Positions 1-13,400 of a DNA stretch of 64,000 nt are shown here, piece by piece; position 1 is the first letter of the stretch; each line of letters opens with the position of its first letter. Made by a program: the position numbers and the translations under genes. The notes under the pieces are model-generated. The model saw only the letters and a program-made list of their open reading frames with translations. It did no database searches and had not been told where the DNA came from. This stretch comes from Chiloscyllium plagiosum (Eukaryota). Location: the NCBI RefSeq assembly GCF_004010195.1, contig NC_057719.1, forward strand, positions 61,480,379-61,544,378, in the 5' to 3' direction.

Positions 1-132
1 AGCACCCGGAGGAAACCCACGCAGACACGGGGAGAATGTGCAAACTCCACACAGTCAGTCGCCTGAGGCGGGAATTGAACCCAGGTCTCTGGTGCTGTGA
101 GGCAGCAGTGCTAACCACTGTGCCACCGTGCC
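1..132 (-). mobile_element. HE1/V-SINE-type tRNA-derived SINE, 5' part (cut by window edge)
   Basis: Reverse complement reads GGCACGGTGGCACAGTGGTTAGCACTGCTGCCTCACAGC...GGGTTCAATTCC (A/B boxes), then the V-domain TGTGTGGAGTTTGCACATTCTCCCCGTGTCTGCGTGGGTTTCCTCCGGGTGCT. Confidence 0.9.
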
Positions 133-400
133 ACCTTCTTCCCGACCTCTCCGCCCCCACCCCCTCTCTGGCCTATCACCCTCACCTTAACCTCCTTCCA
201 CCTATCGCATTCCCAACGCCCCTTCCTCAAGTCCCTCCTCCCTACCTTTTATCTTAGCCTGCTTGGCACACCCTCCTCATTCCTGAAGAAGGGTTTATGC
301 CCAAAACATCGATTCTCCTTCTCCTTGGATGCTGCCTGACCTGCTGCGCTTTTCCAGCAACACGTTTTTAAGCTCTGATCTCCAGTCCTCACTTTCTCCT
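133..400 (+). mobile_element. PLE terminal repeat, family A
   Basis: C-rich tract, decayed hammerhead core CCTGAAGAAGGGTTTATGCCCAAAAC, then GATGCTGCCTGACCTGCTGCGCTTTTCCAGCAACAC and a tail ending CTCACTTTCTCC. Closely similar to 63030-63244. Confidence 0.75.
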
Positions 401-549
401 AATTGTTTTTACCTTACCAATATTGAATTCACGTCAATACAATAAGAAATATGCCAGTTCTTAATTGATAATTTCATTCAATTATTTCATATTTTACTCA
501 ATGTTTCATCATTCTCTAGAGAGTGTTTCCAAGTAAAGATGCTTAATAG

Positions 550-1135
550 CACAAAGAATTACAGATGCTGGAAATCAGGAACAAAAACAGAAATTGCTAG
601 AAAACTCCTCAGGTCTGACAGCACCTGTGGAGAGAAAGCAGAGTCAATGTTTTGGGTCCAGTGACCTTCCTCAGAAGTGACTGAAGCTGGGGGGGGGGGG
701 GGGGGGACTGGGGACAGGTGGAGATGGAGCCCAGACAGTTGGGCAGACAAGAGAATGGGTAAAGGTCAACCTGGAAGAATCATTAGCTGCTAATGGGGAC
801 CATTAGTGGCTGACAATGGATTATTTATGGTTACAGCCCATGTGATGACAAGACCTGGTCTGTGGGGCATGAAGTAAGGACATGGGAAAAGGTGCTCAGG
901 CTCTAAAATATAGTTCTGAGGAAGGATCGGTTGACCTGAAGTGTTAACTCTGATTTCTCTCCACAGATGCTACTAGACCTGCTGATCTTTTCCAACAATT
1001 TCTGTTTCTGTTCCTAAAAATTTTGAACTCAAAATTGAGTCCTGAAGGCTACAGGGTCATCAGGTGGAAAAATGAAGTGTTATTCTTCTGGCTTGCACTG
1101 GAACTTCGCAGGAGCACTGTACCAAGACTGAGACA
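550..1135 (-). mobile_element. PLE terminal region, family C, with an opposite-orientation copy at ~913-1013
   Basis: Colinear with 32940-33460. Hammerhead-like TTCTGAGGAAGG...ACC core on both strands; poly-G run around position 690-705. Confidence 0.7.
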
Positions 1136-1830
1136 GAAAGAGAAAAACTGCAGATGCTGGAATCCAAGATAGACAAACAGGAGGCTGGAAGAACACAGCA
1201 AACCAAGGAAGCATCAGGAGGTGGAGAGTCAAGGTTTCTGGTGTAACCCTTCTTCAGAACTGGGGTTGGGTGAAAGGGGAGCTGCAGACAAAGGAGGGGG
1301 GAGGCAGGAGGTAGGGATAAGTGAACAGGTAGATGGTATGACCTGGTTGGTCGATGGGAGGAATGAATCCGGTTGGTAGGTGGTGTGTTGAAGTAGAAGG
1401 CAACACGGTGATTGTGAGGAATGAATCCGGTTGGTAGGTGGTGTGTTGAAGTAGAAGGCAACACGAAGCTCAGCATCATTTTTATGGACAGAATGTAGGT
1501 GTTCTACACAGCAGCCACCAAGCCTGCATTTAGTCTTCCCAATGTAGAGGAGAACACGTTGTGAGCAGCAAATACAGTTGACTACATTGAGCAAAGTACA
1601 GATAATTTGCTGCTTGTATAGTGAGGAGAGAGGAAGTAAACAAGCAAGTGATTGCATGGGAAGGTGCTGGGAGATGTGTGGAGTTGTTGGCAGTGGAGGA
1701 GGAGTAGACCAGGGTGTCCCTGCAACCTGGCAAGTTCATTGCAATGTATGGTGTCAGTGAGTTCCAAAGTACAGTGGCTGGTGTGTTATGAGTTAATCCG
1801 AGATCAGTCATGGTGATTGTTGCGAGGCTT
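1136..1830 (-). mobile_element. PLE 3' end: decayed GIY-YIG endonuclease plus terminal repeat
   Basis: ORF 1229..1657 contains NVVNCICCSQRVLLYIGKTKCRLGGCCVEHLHSV...VAFYFNT, matching the PLE GIY-YIG/CCHH pattern. Downstream is the core GTTCTGAAGAAGGGTTACACCAGAAAC. Confidence 0.85.
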
Positions 1831-4616
1831 GTGTTTTGCCAATGCTGTCTCCCATCAAAGGATGGGAAGTAGTCACTGCCCGTGGAAACTATCATGAGGT
1901 AATTGGTGAACAGACTCTCAGATTAGGCCCAGAGAAGCAAGAGGCAAGGTACATCTGTCAAGTAACTGCACTTTCATGTCAGGGATTAGTTCCAAGTAGT
2001 TTCTCACCTGTGCATACCAGAATCATAAAATAAATATAAATGAGGCAAGACTAGATAATAATGAGATGCAATTGCATGGAAATAGCATGCTCACTGACAG
2101 TGAGATTTGGAACTTGCCATTGAAACTTTAAGGGCAAGATCAGACTTTTTTTTTCTCAATGTTGAGAATCAGATCTTTTCATTCTTGCTGTGTTTTCCCA
2201 AATTTCCAATCATTGCCTGCAGCTCACCCAGAGCTCTGGAAAAAAAAGTCAACAGTACACCAACAATTGAAGAAGAAGCCTGCCCCATAGCCATAAGATG
2301 TTAGGTGCTGCTAATGCATGAATTTATTGCAAAGGGAAATTCCCAATGAATCCTGCATCCAGTTAAGTCTTTGGATGGGCATGTTTTGCCACCTAAAAGG
2401 CAGGGGTCAGTGTTTTCTTTTAAAAGGCAGGTTGGAAGGAAAACTGGTATTATTTTCTCAGGGGATAAGCTGCGATGGTCAAGAGGACCCTCCATGATAT
2501 CCCCTTTCTTAACATCATCTTAGAATCCTTAAAATAAGGATTACCCACTGTCAGCTGCCTGCCCATACCAATCATATCTGGCATTGCCATGGGAATATTG
2601 GGGTCAATTGAGTTTTTAGATCAGTTCAATTAGCCCTTAATTATTTCTTTCTATATGGTGGGCAAGTTGTAACTTTTGGCACCCATCCACTCTCTGTACC
2701 ATGATGGTGAGTTAGTGCTTGGGTGAGAATGTGGTGGGATAGCTACCTGATCTATTTTACATACCCATCTCTTGCCAAAAGTATGCCTGGCAGGGACATG
2801 CAATTCTCGTCCCACACTTCCAGGACCTTTAAATATCTTCCATTTTCTTGCTTATACTGTATTCCAACTTCCGTATTCAAAGAGGAATGTTGATCTGATA
2901 TGGCATTTTGGTAATCTCATCCTGCTTTCCATAGGGATTGTCTTATTTCTAAGGAGATCAGACATTTTTGCAAGGGTTTGTTTTTCACATGTTATGTACT
3001 TAATGTTTTAATTACTTTTCCATCAGATAATATTATAAAAGGATTTATAACCACAAATACATTAATAGATTATAAAAACAAAGTAATAATAAACACTACT
3101 AAATTTTTGGTTAGGCTGCATTTCAAATAGACTTTGCAGGTTTAGGCACCTCACCTTATGAAATGATGTCATGACTATTGGGAGGGTGCAGGAGTAATTC
3201 ATTCAGATGATACTATGATGAAACATTTTCTTTGCAAAGACCCTAAAAAAATTAAAGACAGAATTGTCCAACCACACCCACCACCCTCCCCCCCTCCAAA
3301 CAAAATGGGCAATGGTGAGTCAGTTGGGAAAATATAGCAAGAACAGAAAAGTGAGGTTTTTCACCAAGATTTTAAATGCAAGAAAAATATCTCGCTCGTG
3401 AGCAGCCAGAGATCTATTTGCATATATTAACATCTCATTATTACCTAATCTCACCTCATTTATGTGCAGGTTGCTATTTTTTCAGGCAATGGAAAGAAAC
3501 TAGTTAGCAACAATTCCCAACATTGAAGTTTGAATGGGTATCTGGCAGGTGCCTCTCCAACCTCTTCTCCAGATATTCATCTTGGCCAGTATACCCCAAC
3601 AGCTCGGGGCACGTTCTTTTGGCAGTAATTGCTTGTACATCCAGGGAGGTTGGCATTGGCAAAGCACCAGCCTCACCATATCATTAGGGCATATTTAGGA
3701 CTCATTTATAATACACATCAGCTCAAAAATACTTTGGAGCTCATTGACACCTTAACTTGCAATACTGCAGCCAGGCCACATTGCCCTTAGTAATAGGATC
3801 CATCTCATTCATCTGAACAAGGTGCATTTCTGGGGTCTTAGCTTGCTTTCTTAGCCCTTACTCACACCATCGCTGCCCTACCTTGCCGTTTAGAGCAGAC
3901 AGATAGTCAGGCAACTTTTCATGTTTAGCAGCAATGAACAGTCAAGAGGCATTATGGTCAGTCATAGGGCTGGTCTGTCATTAGTCTGCAAATGTGATAA
4001 AATTCTATATTCTGTTAGCATGTTGCCCGAAAAGGAGTATTCAAACTTTTTACCTAGGTATTATCTTGTGTGGCAGACAAAAGGCAGGGAACCGACTCAA
4101 ACGTTAAACAAACCTTTTTTCATTTAACCTTTTAAGAACTCAATATAAAAGATACATTCATTGCAACATTAACTTATTATTTCAGCTAACTTTACCATTA
4201 ATTCACTTCATTTAAATTCACTTTACCTTACTTCACTATATCGACATTTTACCCTAATGCCTCCTTTAATTAGTAAGTTTGGCTTTAATCAAATACTACC
4301 CCCAGTTTGAGAACTGGTCAACTTCATTCTCCATGCAGATCTCGCCTCATGGTTCTTTGTCCTCTCTGCGAGTAACTTCAGGGCACATAGTTTTCCAATG
4401 TGGCCTCAAAGGTTTCTTCTTCTCTCTCGGAGAAAAAATTTTTTGCTCTGCAACATGTATTCCCTTTCTAGAATGATTTCTGGCACTCGGCCAATGAATT
4501 GATCAAAGCCTGATCACATTATTCAATCCCAGCCAACAGAATTCACTGGTAAACAACTCCCAAATGTTTACACCAAGCTCTGAACGGTGACATTCCATAG
4601 TCTACATATGCTGTAA

Positions 4617-4680
4617 ATCTGAGGAAGGGTTACCGAACCCGAAATGTTAACTCTCACAGATGCCGCAAGACCTGCTGATC
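4617..4680 (+). mobile_element. Short PLE family C fragment with near-intact hammerhead core
   Basis: CTGAGGA-A-GGGT-TACCGA-ACCC-GAAA-TGTTAAC followed by ...CAGATGCCGCAAGACCTGCTGA. Confidence 0.7.
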
Positions 4681-4767
4681 ATTTACAAGTTTGAACTGCT
4701 GATTAACTAAGGTCATAATTTAAACTAGCTTGACCAAAATTCCCAGTATGTTTGATTGTAGCTCTTA

Positions 4768-4860
4768 GGAGGAGAAAGTGAGGACTGCAGATGCTGGAGA
4801 TCAGAGCTGAAAAAGTGTTGCTGGAAAAGCGCTTTTCCAGCAACACATTTTCAGCTCTGG
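4768..4860. mobile_element. PLE family A fold-back mini-insertion
   Basis: Near-perfect palindrome at 4802-4859 plus a 34-nt tail. TSD TTGTAGCTCTTA at 4756-4767 and 4861-4872. Confidence 0.85.
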
Positions 4861-5094
4861 TTGTAGCTCTTAAACAGTCTTGTAGCCATTTCTGCTGCTG
4901 CCATCTGACCACAAGAGCATAAAGGTGTCTTTCAAAAGATTATTACAGGTTTAGTAGGCATCATATCCAGTCATAATGAGGAATTGTAAAGAAGTTATAT
5001 ACGGGGAACAAGAAAATGGCAAAATAATGATTTTGGTTCTCTCTTCATAAAGGAAGACACAAATAATACCCCAAACATTTTGGAAAACACAGGG

Positions 5095-5665
5095 TTTAGA
5101 GAAAGGGGGGATCTTGCAGGTGGTTTGTGTTCCCATGTATCTGCTACATTTGTTCTTCGAGACGGAAGTGGTCATAGGTTTGGAAGGTGCTGTCTGCGAA
5201 CTTTTGCTGAATTTTTGCAGTACACAGTGCTGCTACTGAACGTCAATAGTGGAGGGAGTGGATGTTTGTGGATGTGGTGCCAATCAAATGGGCTGCTTTG
5301 TCCTGGATGGTGTCAAGATTTTTGAGTGTTGTTGGAGTTGCACCCATCTAGACAAGTGGGGAGAATTCTATCACGCACCTGGCTTGTGCCTTGTAAATGG
5401 TGGAAAGGCTTTGGAGATTCAGAAGTTGAGTTACTTGCAGCAGTATTTCTAGCCTCTGATCTGTTCTTGTAGCCACTGTGTTTATGTGGTGAGTCTAGTT
5501 GAGTTTCTGGTTAATGATAATCCCCAGGATGTTGATAGTGGGGGTATCAAGTATAATTCAACCATTGAATGTCAAGGGGCAGTGGTTAGATTTTCTCTTA
5601 TTGGTGGTGGTCATAGCCTGGCATTTCTGTGGCTAGAATGTTACTTGTCACTTGTCAGCCCAAGC
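5095..5665 (-). mobile_element. Decayed LINE (CR1/L2-clade) RT C-terminal part
   Basis: Minus strand reads ADK*QVTF*PQKCQAMT...INILGIII.QKLN...HINTVA. Same family as 59295-59870. Confidence 0.7.
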
Positions 5666-5699
5666 CATGTGATTCGTCCAGTTTCATTTCTTTGAGACT

Positions 5700-6030
5700 T
5701 TGTAGCTATTGACAAATTGAATGGCTTGCTAGGACATTTGAGAGGTCAATTGAGAATTAGTCACATTTCTTTGCTCTGGAGTCACATGCAGGCCAGACCA
5801 GATGAGGAGGGCAGATTTTCTTCACTGAAGGACGTTGGTGAACCAGATGGGTTTTTTTGGACAATTTACATGGTTTCATGGTTATCAGTAGATTCTTAAT
5901 TCCAGTTCTCTCTTTTTTTATTGAATTCAAATTCCATCATCTACCATGGTGGGATTCAAACCTGTGTCCCCAGAACATTAGCTGAGTTTCTAGATTAATA
6001 GTCTAGTGATAATACCAGTAGACCATTGCT
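5700..6030 (-). mobile_element. tRNA-derived SINE
   Basis: Minus strand has a tRNA-like head (GGTTTGAATCCC B box) and a body shared with 10420-10745. Confidence 0.7.
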
Positions 6031-6569
6031 GAGTAAAGTTTCTCACGTGGAGACGTCACAACTAGGTTTTCCAATGGTGGTCATGGATTTATCGTGAAGA
6101 GTCAGGAAAATAAATCAAGGATCAAAACATCTTGAACATCCTTGCTTTTCATGCTTAACAGTGACATTGGCTGATGGCTCCTGCCCGCCTATCAGCCAAG
6201 GAATGATACTCAAAGCAGAGGTACTTCAAAGAAAGAGATAAAATTAAAGAATGACTCTTACAGTAATATGTTGCTTTCACATTGCTAATCCTATGTTAGT
6301 TCTATTTTTAAAACTAAATGAACTAACAATATTCACCAATGCATTAAAATCCAAAAATTACCTAAGCTAGAATACCTACACAGTTAATTAATCAAAGGAA
6401 ATGTAACAATACAGTATCTAATTCTATTTAAATCACCGGTCTACACCTACATTTGAAAAACTGTAAATCTGATAAAAGGTTTGAATGACCTTCCCAACTA
6501 TTTATTTGAATAGTTAACTATGAGCACAAAGGCACAATCTTTGGATTCAGTTTTTCAAAAAGAAGGAAG

Positions 6570-6725
6570 ATATAGTTCCTTGTACTAATAGGACAAAAGG
6601 GTATATAGAGAAACCACGAACAGGGTACTGAATTGCATGATCAGCCATGAGCACATTGAATAGCAGAGCAGGCTCAAACAGCTGAATAGTCTACTCCTGC
6701 TCCTATTTTCTGTTTATATGTTTCA
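6570..6725 (+). mobile_element. CR1-type 3' tail fragment
   Basis: GATCAGCCATGA...TTGAATAGCAGAGCAGGCTCAAACAGCTGAATAGTCTACTCCTGCTCCTAT resembles the 3' end of the CR1 at ~43630-43700. Confidence 0.6.
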
Positions 6726-7825
6726 TTCTATCAAACTTTTATGCCCGTTTGTTTCCGAAACTGTCCAGCTGCCTTCGGATTGTTTGAAAATTTCCTGCGA
6801 AAAGTTGGAGATATATTTAATTTATTTAATAATGCTACAAAATGTAAGCATTGTTACAGTATATAAAATCTTTATGTTAAAATATTTTAAAACATAGTGA
6901 ATGTGCCATATTTTTTTTTCCTTACATTAAATGCATGTTCCTATATAACACTTTTGGTAAATAATTGCACCAAAAACTTCTGCCCAATTTGAGAATCTGA
7001 CAAAGTTTTGAAACATTTTTAATTGTCACCACAACAGAAGTTATTTTCAATCTACTATAGAAAACTTATTTTGGCAGATTTGGAATTTTCTCAGTTTTCT
7101 TCTTCATCAAAAAACAACCAACCCATTTGACTGGAGAAGAAAATACCATAGAAACTTTACAGAACTGATCTGATCTTGAACATAAGAAAATATCTACACT
7201 GTAGAATGTGTAACATAGAACCCTGCATGAGTCTATTTGTTGGTGAAACAATGATATATTCAGAAAGGAATTCAGAAAGATGATCAAGATTATGATGCAT
7301 CTCCTTTGCTGCATGACCGTAATATGTGAACTTTTTCTGAGAATTCAGCTGTTGCAATAAACTTTAGAATGGGTGGAAGAACAACAGGGTGATGGCATTC
7401 TAAATAATGCATGAAAAGCACACAATGAAACAATAGTCTCTCCATTGATCAGAGAGAATGAGGATTTGATTAAATAAATGCAAAGCCATGCTATAGCTAT
7501 CTAACAGACATTGAAAAAGCCAATATATTTTGCAAAATAAGTGAGGTACCTTTACAACTATTTTGAGATGTGCTGTTGCAACCCATAATTAAGAATCATG
7601 TAGCTGAAATTGCTGTTACAAGGTGACAATGTTAAAATAAATAATTACTTCTAAAAAGCACCAACATACTTTTTTTCTGAAAACAACAAAACATAACTAC
7701 AGTATTTAATATTCACAATCTGACTGCTGAGCTGCATGGTAGCCTCATAGGAAGCTCATGTTTAATGTCATTCAGTGATGAACAAAAGCCCTTTTTATTT
7801 TGCAGTACAAGGTGCTAAGCTCTGC

Positions 7826-7828
<3 letters not shown>

Positions 7829-7856
<28 letters not shown>
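7829..7856. repeat. (AT)14 microsatellite
   Basis: Read directly from the sequence. Confidence 0.95.
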
Positions 7857-7859
<3 letters not shown>

Positions 7860-10419
7860 GAATGTGTGAGAGGTCACAGCATCGCCTTATGTAATAATGT
7901 TACAGGCAAAAATAGCCATTTATTAAATTTTGATATAAGTAATGCAAGCAGGACAATCCTAACTATTGTTAATGAACACAGCTGGTTATCAGACAATGAT
8001 TTCCAAATACAAAATTGAGAAACCGGTCCATTTTTTCACACAAAGGTATATGTCAATAATTGCAGAATATGGCAACAACAGGACAAGATCCTACATATTT
8101 CCTTCTGTGAAGTTGCAATGGGATAACTTGATCCTAAACACATTTACTTTATGATCTTTGAAAAGATTAAAGAACTGCAATGTCATTTAAAATTGCCAGA
8201 ACTCTCCAAGCAAATTACATTTGAGGTTCTGAATCAGTTTTTTCTTTGAGCAGATTCCATTTACACGCATTGCAAATCACATTACATAGCCCATGCATTG
8301 TTAATTGGACGTAGATTGCATTATCATCATTATAAATCAAACTCCAAATATCAAAATGAATTGCAAATTCACTAATAGGAGATCATGAACCAATCTTTTT
8401 AAATATCTTCCATTAATAATTAAATTCAAATTATATTACTCTGAAATTCTCTTATGAGGGCAGACAGCTTATTCACTGTGACCCTGCTTTTAAACAGCAG
8501 AAATCTTTCAACAAAGTTGCGGTTGTTCATGTGCAATTCGTTTAAAAGATTAATAGTTAATGTGAGAGTCAAAGGAAAAAAGTAATGATCAGATTTCTCT
8601 GAAATATGGCATCTAATGTATTGAAGACAAGTACTCATGACAGTTTAAAGGGTCAAAAGAGCACTTTCTTTACCGACTGTAAATGACTAAAGTACGTTGC
8701 AATGACAAGTATGTCATTTTGTCTGAGTGTTCAGATAAAGTAGTATCCATATGAAAAAGTGTTTAGAAACTACAGTAATCTGACAAATTGGAAATTATCT
8801 AAAGGAATTTTGATGATCGAGGTTGTGATGACATGGAGAGGTTACTTGTCGAAAATTTTATCTTAGCGAACATTACATTATGGTAGATTAATATTGCAAT
8901 AACACCATTAGTAATAAACATTCCCATTGATTCATGCTGCACAGTCAACAGCCACAGATTTCAGATATTAAGCTAGAGAGTTCCCACTGCTCTGGACTCA
9001 CAGAATGAAAAGAAGCAGTTGGAAAAAATAGCAGCAATCATTTAATGCTGATGACCTCTGACAGGCTCACAGCTCTTCTAGCTGCACAAAATTTGCATGG
9101 ATTCTGTGTGCACAGGAACAATGTAACCTAAATGGTAGACAATCTTTATTATAATGAAGTGGGTGTCAAGGTCAATGTAAAACTGAGATGATAAATGGAG
9201 TGCTACCAGGCAAGAGGAGTCGCACATGCAATGTAGTGCTTTCACTTAATTGTTGCCTGAAACATACTGAGTTAATAAAACATAGAAAACAATTTCTGCC
9301 AATTAGTTTCACTTTAATGTGCTAAAGTATTAGCTGAGGAATCTCATAGATGGATGACAGCAATTTAATTTTGAAAATTCTGATTATATAAAAACTCCAT
9401 CTTCTAGAATGTGATTTCAATGCGCAGTTCTCTGCTGCTAATCGGTAGCAGAAACTTCCTTTACAATTTAAGTTAGTCTTGCAGTTTATGAATCGGTTTT
9501 CTACAATTTTCCCACTTCATTTTCAGATTTTAATTGTCATACACCTGAAAATACAATCCCAGACACCAATTACAGAAAAGAACAGCTGTCATCAAAGATG
9601 GCCTGAATCTTGCACAACCTTTGTTATTCAATTGGCTGGCCAGCAAGTGGTAATAAGCATCTGGAGGAATGACAAGTTGAAAATATCATCTGTTGTTAAT
9701 TCTCCCATAACAATTTATTTACTTTGATTTTTGGGAAAATGGACAATTGCAGATTGCAACCAGTCAGTTTGAAATCACAATTATCTCAAAAGTCAAAGCA
9801 CATTTCACTTCTGTATAACAAACTTTTAACACAAAATAACAAGCATGACTGAGAACAATAGTCAACAGGATGGGGTGGCTCATTGGTGTAGCAATGTAGC
9901 AAGCCATAGTATAGTGTAACAGCAATGACAGTGTTTACAGTCATTTTAAACACTGTACATTCTTAATGTCAATTGCACCACTAGCGCAGGGGCAAAGTAT
10001 AGGTGCTTAATTTCTTAACAGAGCAGGGTGAGAAAAGTGGAGAGAGCGTTCAACCACATTTCTCAGAGGAGGAACATGCACTGCCTCCAGAGTAACCTTA
10101 TCAAAAAGTGATCTCAATGTTCAATTGTTGAAGAATGTAGTATGTCATAGAGAATTCAATAAGACAAGAAAAATAATTTGGTGCAAGTGGGGGGTGGTGA
10201 AAAAAATTCAACTGAATTATAAAATAATTGTTGTGGAATTGTCAAGTTAAGGCAAGGGGGATATCGAGAGAATGAAAGGGAATGAGTGAATCACCATATG
10301 CCTCATTTGGGCACCTGAATTTCAAATGGCACTGGAAAAGAAAAATTGGAAGCAAATCAAAAGCTTACAAGGGGACTAAAAAGGATTCAAAGATTATCAC
10401 TGACAATTTTCATTTTAGA

Positions 10420-10745
10420 GGAGGAGGTGATATCATGGTGATGCAATGCACTAGTAATCCAGGATCCCATGTTGATGTTCTGGGGCCAAATGGATTCAAA
10501 ACTCACCACTGGAGATAGCAAAATTTGAATTCAATAAAAATCTGGAAAAAAAAACTAGTCCTGACATGTAATTATATCAATTGTTGCTAAACCCATCAAT
10601 TCAATAACATCCTTCAGAGAAGACAACGATCTTCCTTACCTGGTCTGTCTTACAAGTGACTCCAGACCGTAATGTGGTTGACTGTTAATTAGGGCAATAA
10701 ATGCTGATCTAACCTGTGATGCCCATTTCCCACGAATGAATACAA
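10420..10745 (+). mobile_element. tRNA-derived SINE (same family as 5700-6030)
   Basis: Shared body (AATTTGAATTCAATAAAAA...CCTGGTCTG...GTGACTCCAGA) and a LINE-like tail GGGCAATAAATGCTG...CCCATTTCCCACGAATGAAT. Confidence 0.7.
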
Positions 10746-11079
10746 AAGAGATAAAAAGAATTTCAATCCCGTCTCCAATTAACTGTTTTTTGTACATCTT
10801 ACCCACAGAATTCCCAACCATCAATTGGGAAACTCATTTTTATTGTTGCAAAATTTAACTAAATAACATGACAAAAATATGTTTGCTGAAAAGTCTTGAT
10901 GACCAGACGCATGAAAAGCTAGAACAAACTTATCTGTGCGTGATTTGTCAGGTCTGGAGTATTGATGTGCCCAAGGGGTTGAGCCCAGCAGGGAGTAGGC
11001 TACAGAACTAAATAGCTGTGAAAGTCTTAATGTAGGATAGAATTGAAACTAACCTTTACATGACCTTGGGAGAAATATG

Positions 11080-11579
11080 NNNNNNNNNNNNNNNNNNNNN
11101 NNNNNNNNNNNNNNNNNNNNNNNNNNNNNNNNNNNNNNNNNNNNNNNNNNNNNNNNNNNNNNNNNNNNNNNNNNNNNNNNNNNNNNNNNNNNNNNNNNNN
11201 NNNNNNNNNNNNNNNNNNNNNNNNNNNNNNNNNNNNNNNNNNNNNNNNNNNNNNNNNNNNNNNNNNNNNNNNNNNNNNNNNNNNNNNNNNNNNNNNNNNN
11301 NNNNNNNNNNNNNNNNNNNNNNNNNNNNNNNNNNNNNNNNNNNNNNNNNNNNNNNNNNNNNNNNNNNNNNNNNNNNNNNNNNNNNNNNNNNNNNNNNNNN
11401 NNNNNNNNNNNNNNNNNNNNNNNNNNNNNNNNNNNNNNNNNNNNNNNNNNNNNNNNNNNNNNNNNNNNNNNNNNNNNNNNNNNNNNNNNNNNNNNNNNNN
11501 NNNNNNNNNNNNNNNNNNNNNNNNNNNNNNNNNNNNNNNNNNNNNNNNNNNNNNNNNNNNNNNNNNNNNNNNNNNNNNN
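11080..11579. other. Assembly gap (500 N)
   Basis: Run of exactly 500 N; true length unknown. Confidence 1.
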
Positions 11580-13400
11580 CATCTAGTCTGTTAAGTCCCC
11601 CAAGAATCTTGTATGTTTCAATAATGTCACCTGTCATTTTCCTAAACTATCGGACCAACCTACTCAAAGTCTCTTCTTTAAACACTTGCTCTATACCTGG
11701 GATAAATGCTTCTCTGAACTGCCCCCAATTCCATTATATCTGAAATAACTGCACAGAGGCTGGTATCCTGTCACTAAGTCACCCTTTACTGTATTTGTAT
11801 GTGCACAGTGCATGGGCTCTGACCAGTCAGCTCAAAGCCTGTCCCTGGACTGAGGAGACCTTTTGAATCTTCTGTTTATATCTGTCAGCCAGGGCTCCCT
11901 GACTGGCCCAGGTTAACAACCCTGATCAAGGATCTCCCTGCCAATGAGATCCAGCTGGCCCTAGTTCCAATCACTCCAATATCTTTAATAAAAATAGAAA
12001 TTTCTTGAAAAAGCTCAGCAGGTCTGGCAGCATTTGTGGAAAGAAATCAGAGGTAATGTTTCGGGTCAAGTGACCCTTCCTTAGAACATTACAATATCTT
12101 TCTTCAGACAAGGGGACCAGATAAGGGGATCGCATGATTCCAGATGTGATCTGATGAGTGTTTTGTATAGTGTTAGCAAGATTTCCCACCTTTATATGCC
12201 ATTCCCTTTGAAATAATTGCTAACATTCTGTTTACCTTCCCTATTACCTGCTAAACTTGAATGTTAGCATTTTGTAATTTATGCACAATAAATTGCCCAT
12301 ATTCCTTTATATGTAGCTTTCTGCAGTGTTTCTCCATTTAAATAATGTTCAGCTCCTCTATTCTTCCTGCTAAAGTTCATAATCTCACATTTTTCCACAT
12401 TATATTCCATTTGCCGAGTCTTTGGCCACCACGAACCTATTTATAATTCCTCTGTGGGCTCTTTATTTTATTCTTACCTCTTGCATTCCTTTCTAATTTT
12501 GTGTCATCTGCAAACTTAGCTATAGTACATGAACTTTTCTCATTCAAATTATTAATATATATTTTAAATAATTGCAGCCTCAGCACTGATCACTGTGACT
12601 CTCCATTAGTGATGGATTGGCATCTTGAAAATGCCTCCATTTCTCCCAACTCTTCTAAAGGTTACCCTCTATCCAGGGTAATATGCTACCCTCAGCAACA
12701 TGGTAGCCTAATGTACATTACCTGATCAAATGCCTTTTAGAAAATAAGACATTTCTTCTCCACTGATACTACTAAACCTAATTAGTTTCTTCAGCATTTT
12801 CTGTTAAACCTTCATCTATCCTGCTTGTTACCTTTTCAAAGTATTTTAATATATTTGTCAAGAATGACTTCACCTTCATGAAGCCATGCTATCTCTGTTT
12901 GAGTGTATTATATATTTCTAAATGCTTTGCTATTACATCCTTTATAACAGACTCCACATTTTCCCCAAAACAGTTGTTAACTTGACTTGTCGATAGTGTT
13001 AGTTATTTATTTGTCTCCTTCCCTTTTTGAATAAATGTGATACATTGGTAATTTTACAATACTCTGGCATTTTTCCAGAACCTAAGGATTCTTTTAAGAT
13101 TACTAGCAATGAATCCACTATCTCTGTAGCTACTTCCTTTAATATTCTGGGATGTATCACATCAAGGCCAGGGGATTTATGGGTCTTTAGCCCCATCAGT
13201 TTACCTCACATGCTTTCTCGAGTGCTGCTTATTTCCTCTCCCCATTTTTGATTATTTTGTATTTTTGGAATGCTATTAGCATCTTCTATTGTGAAGACTG
13301 TTGAAAAGTATTCATTCAAGTCCTCTGTCATTCCCTGGCTCCCCATTATCATTTTCCCAACCTCATTCTCAAAGGGGCCTATCTTTACTTTGGCCTCTCT
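11580..13400 (-). mobile_element. Decayed, internally deleted CR1 LINE with a PLE family C insert at ~11990-12087
   Basis: Minus-strand peptides GDIIETYKILGGLNRLD and KSPGLDVIHPRILKE...; also a KFADDT motif (gtgtcatctgcaaactt at 12501). Confidence 0.85.

Noticed and set aside
11049..11743. Long ORFs of 169-227 aa
   Set aside because: Artefacts of translating through the 500-N gap.
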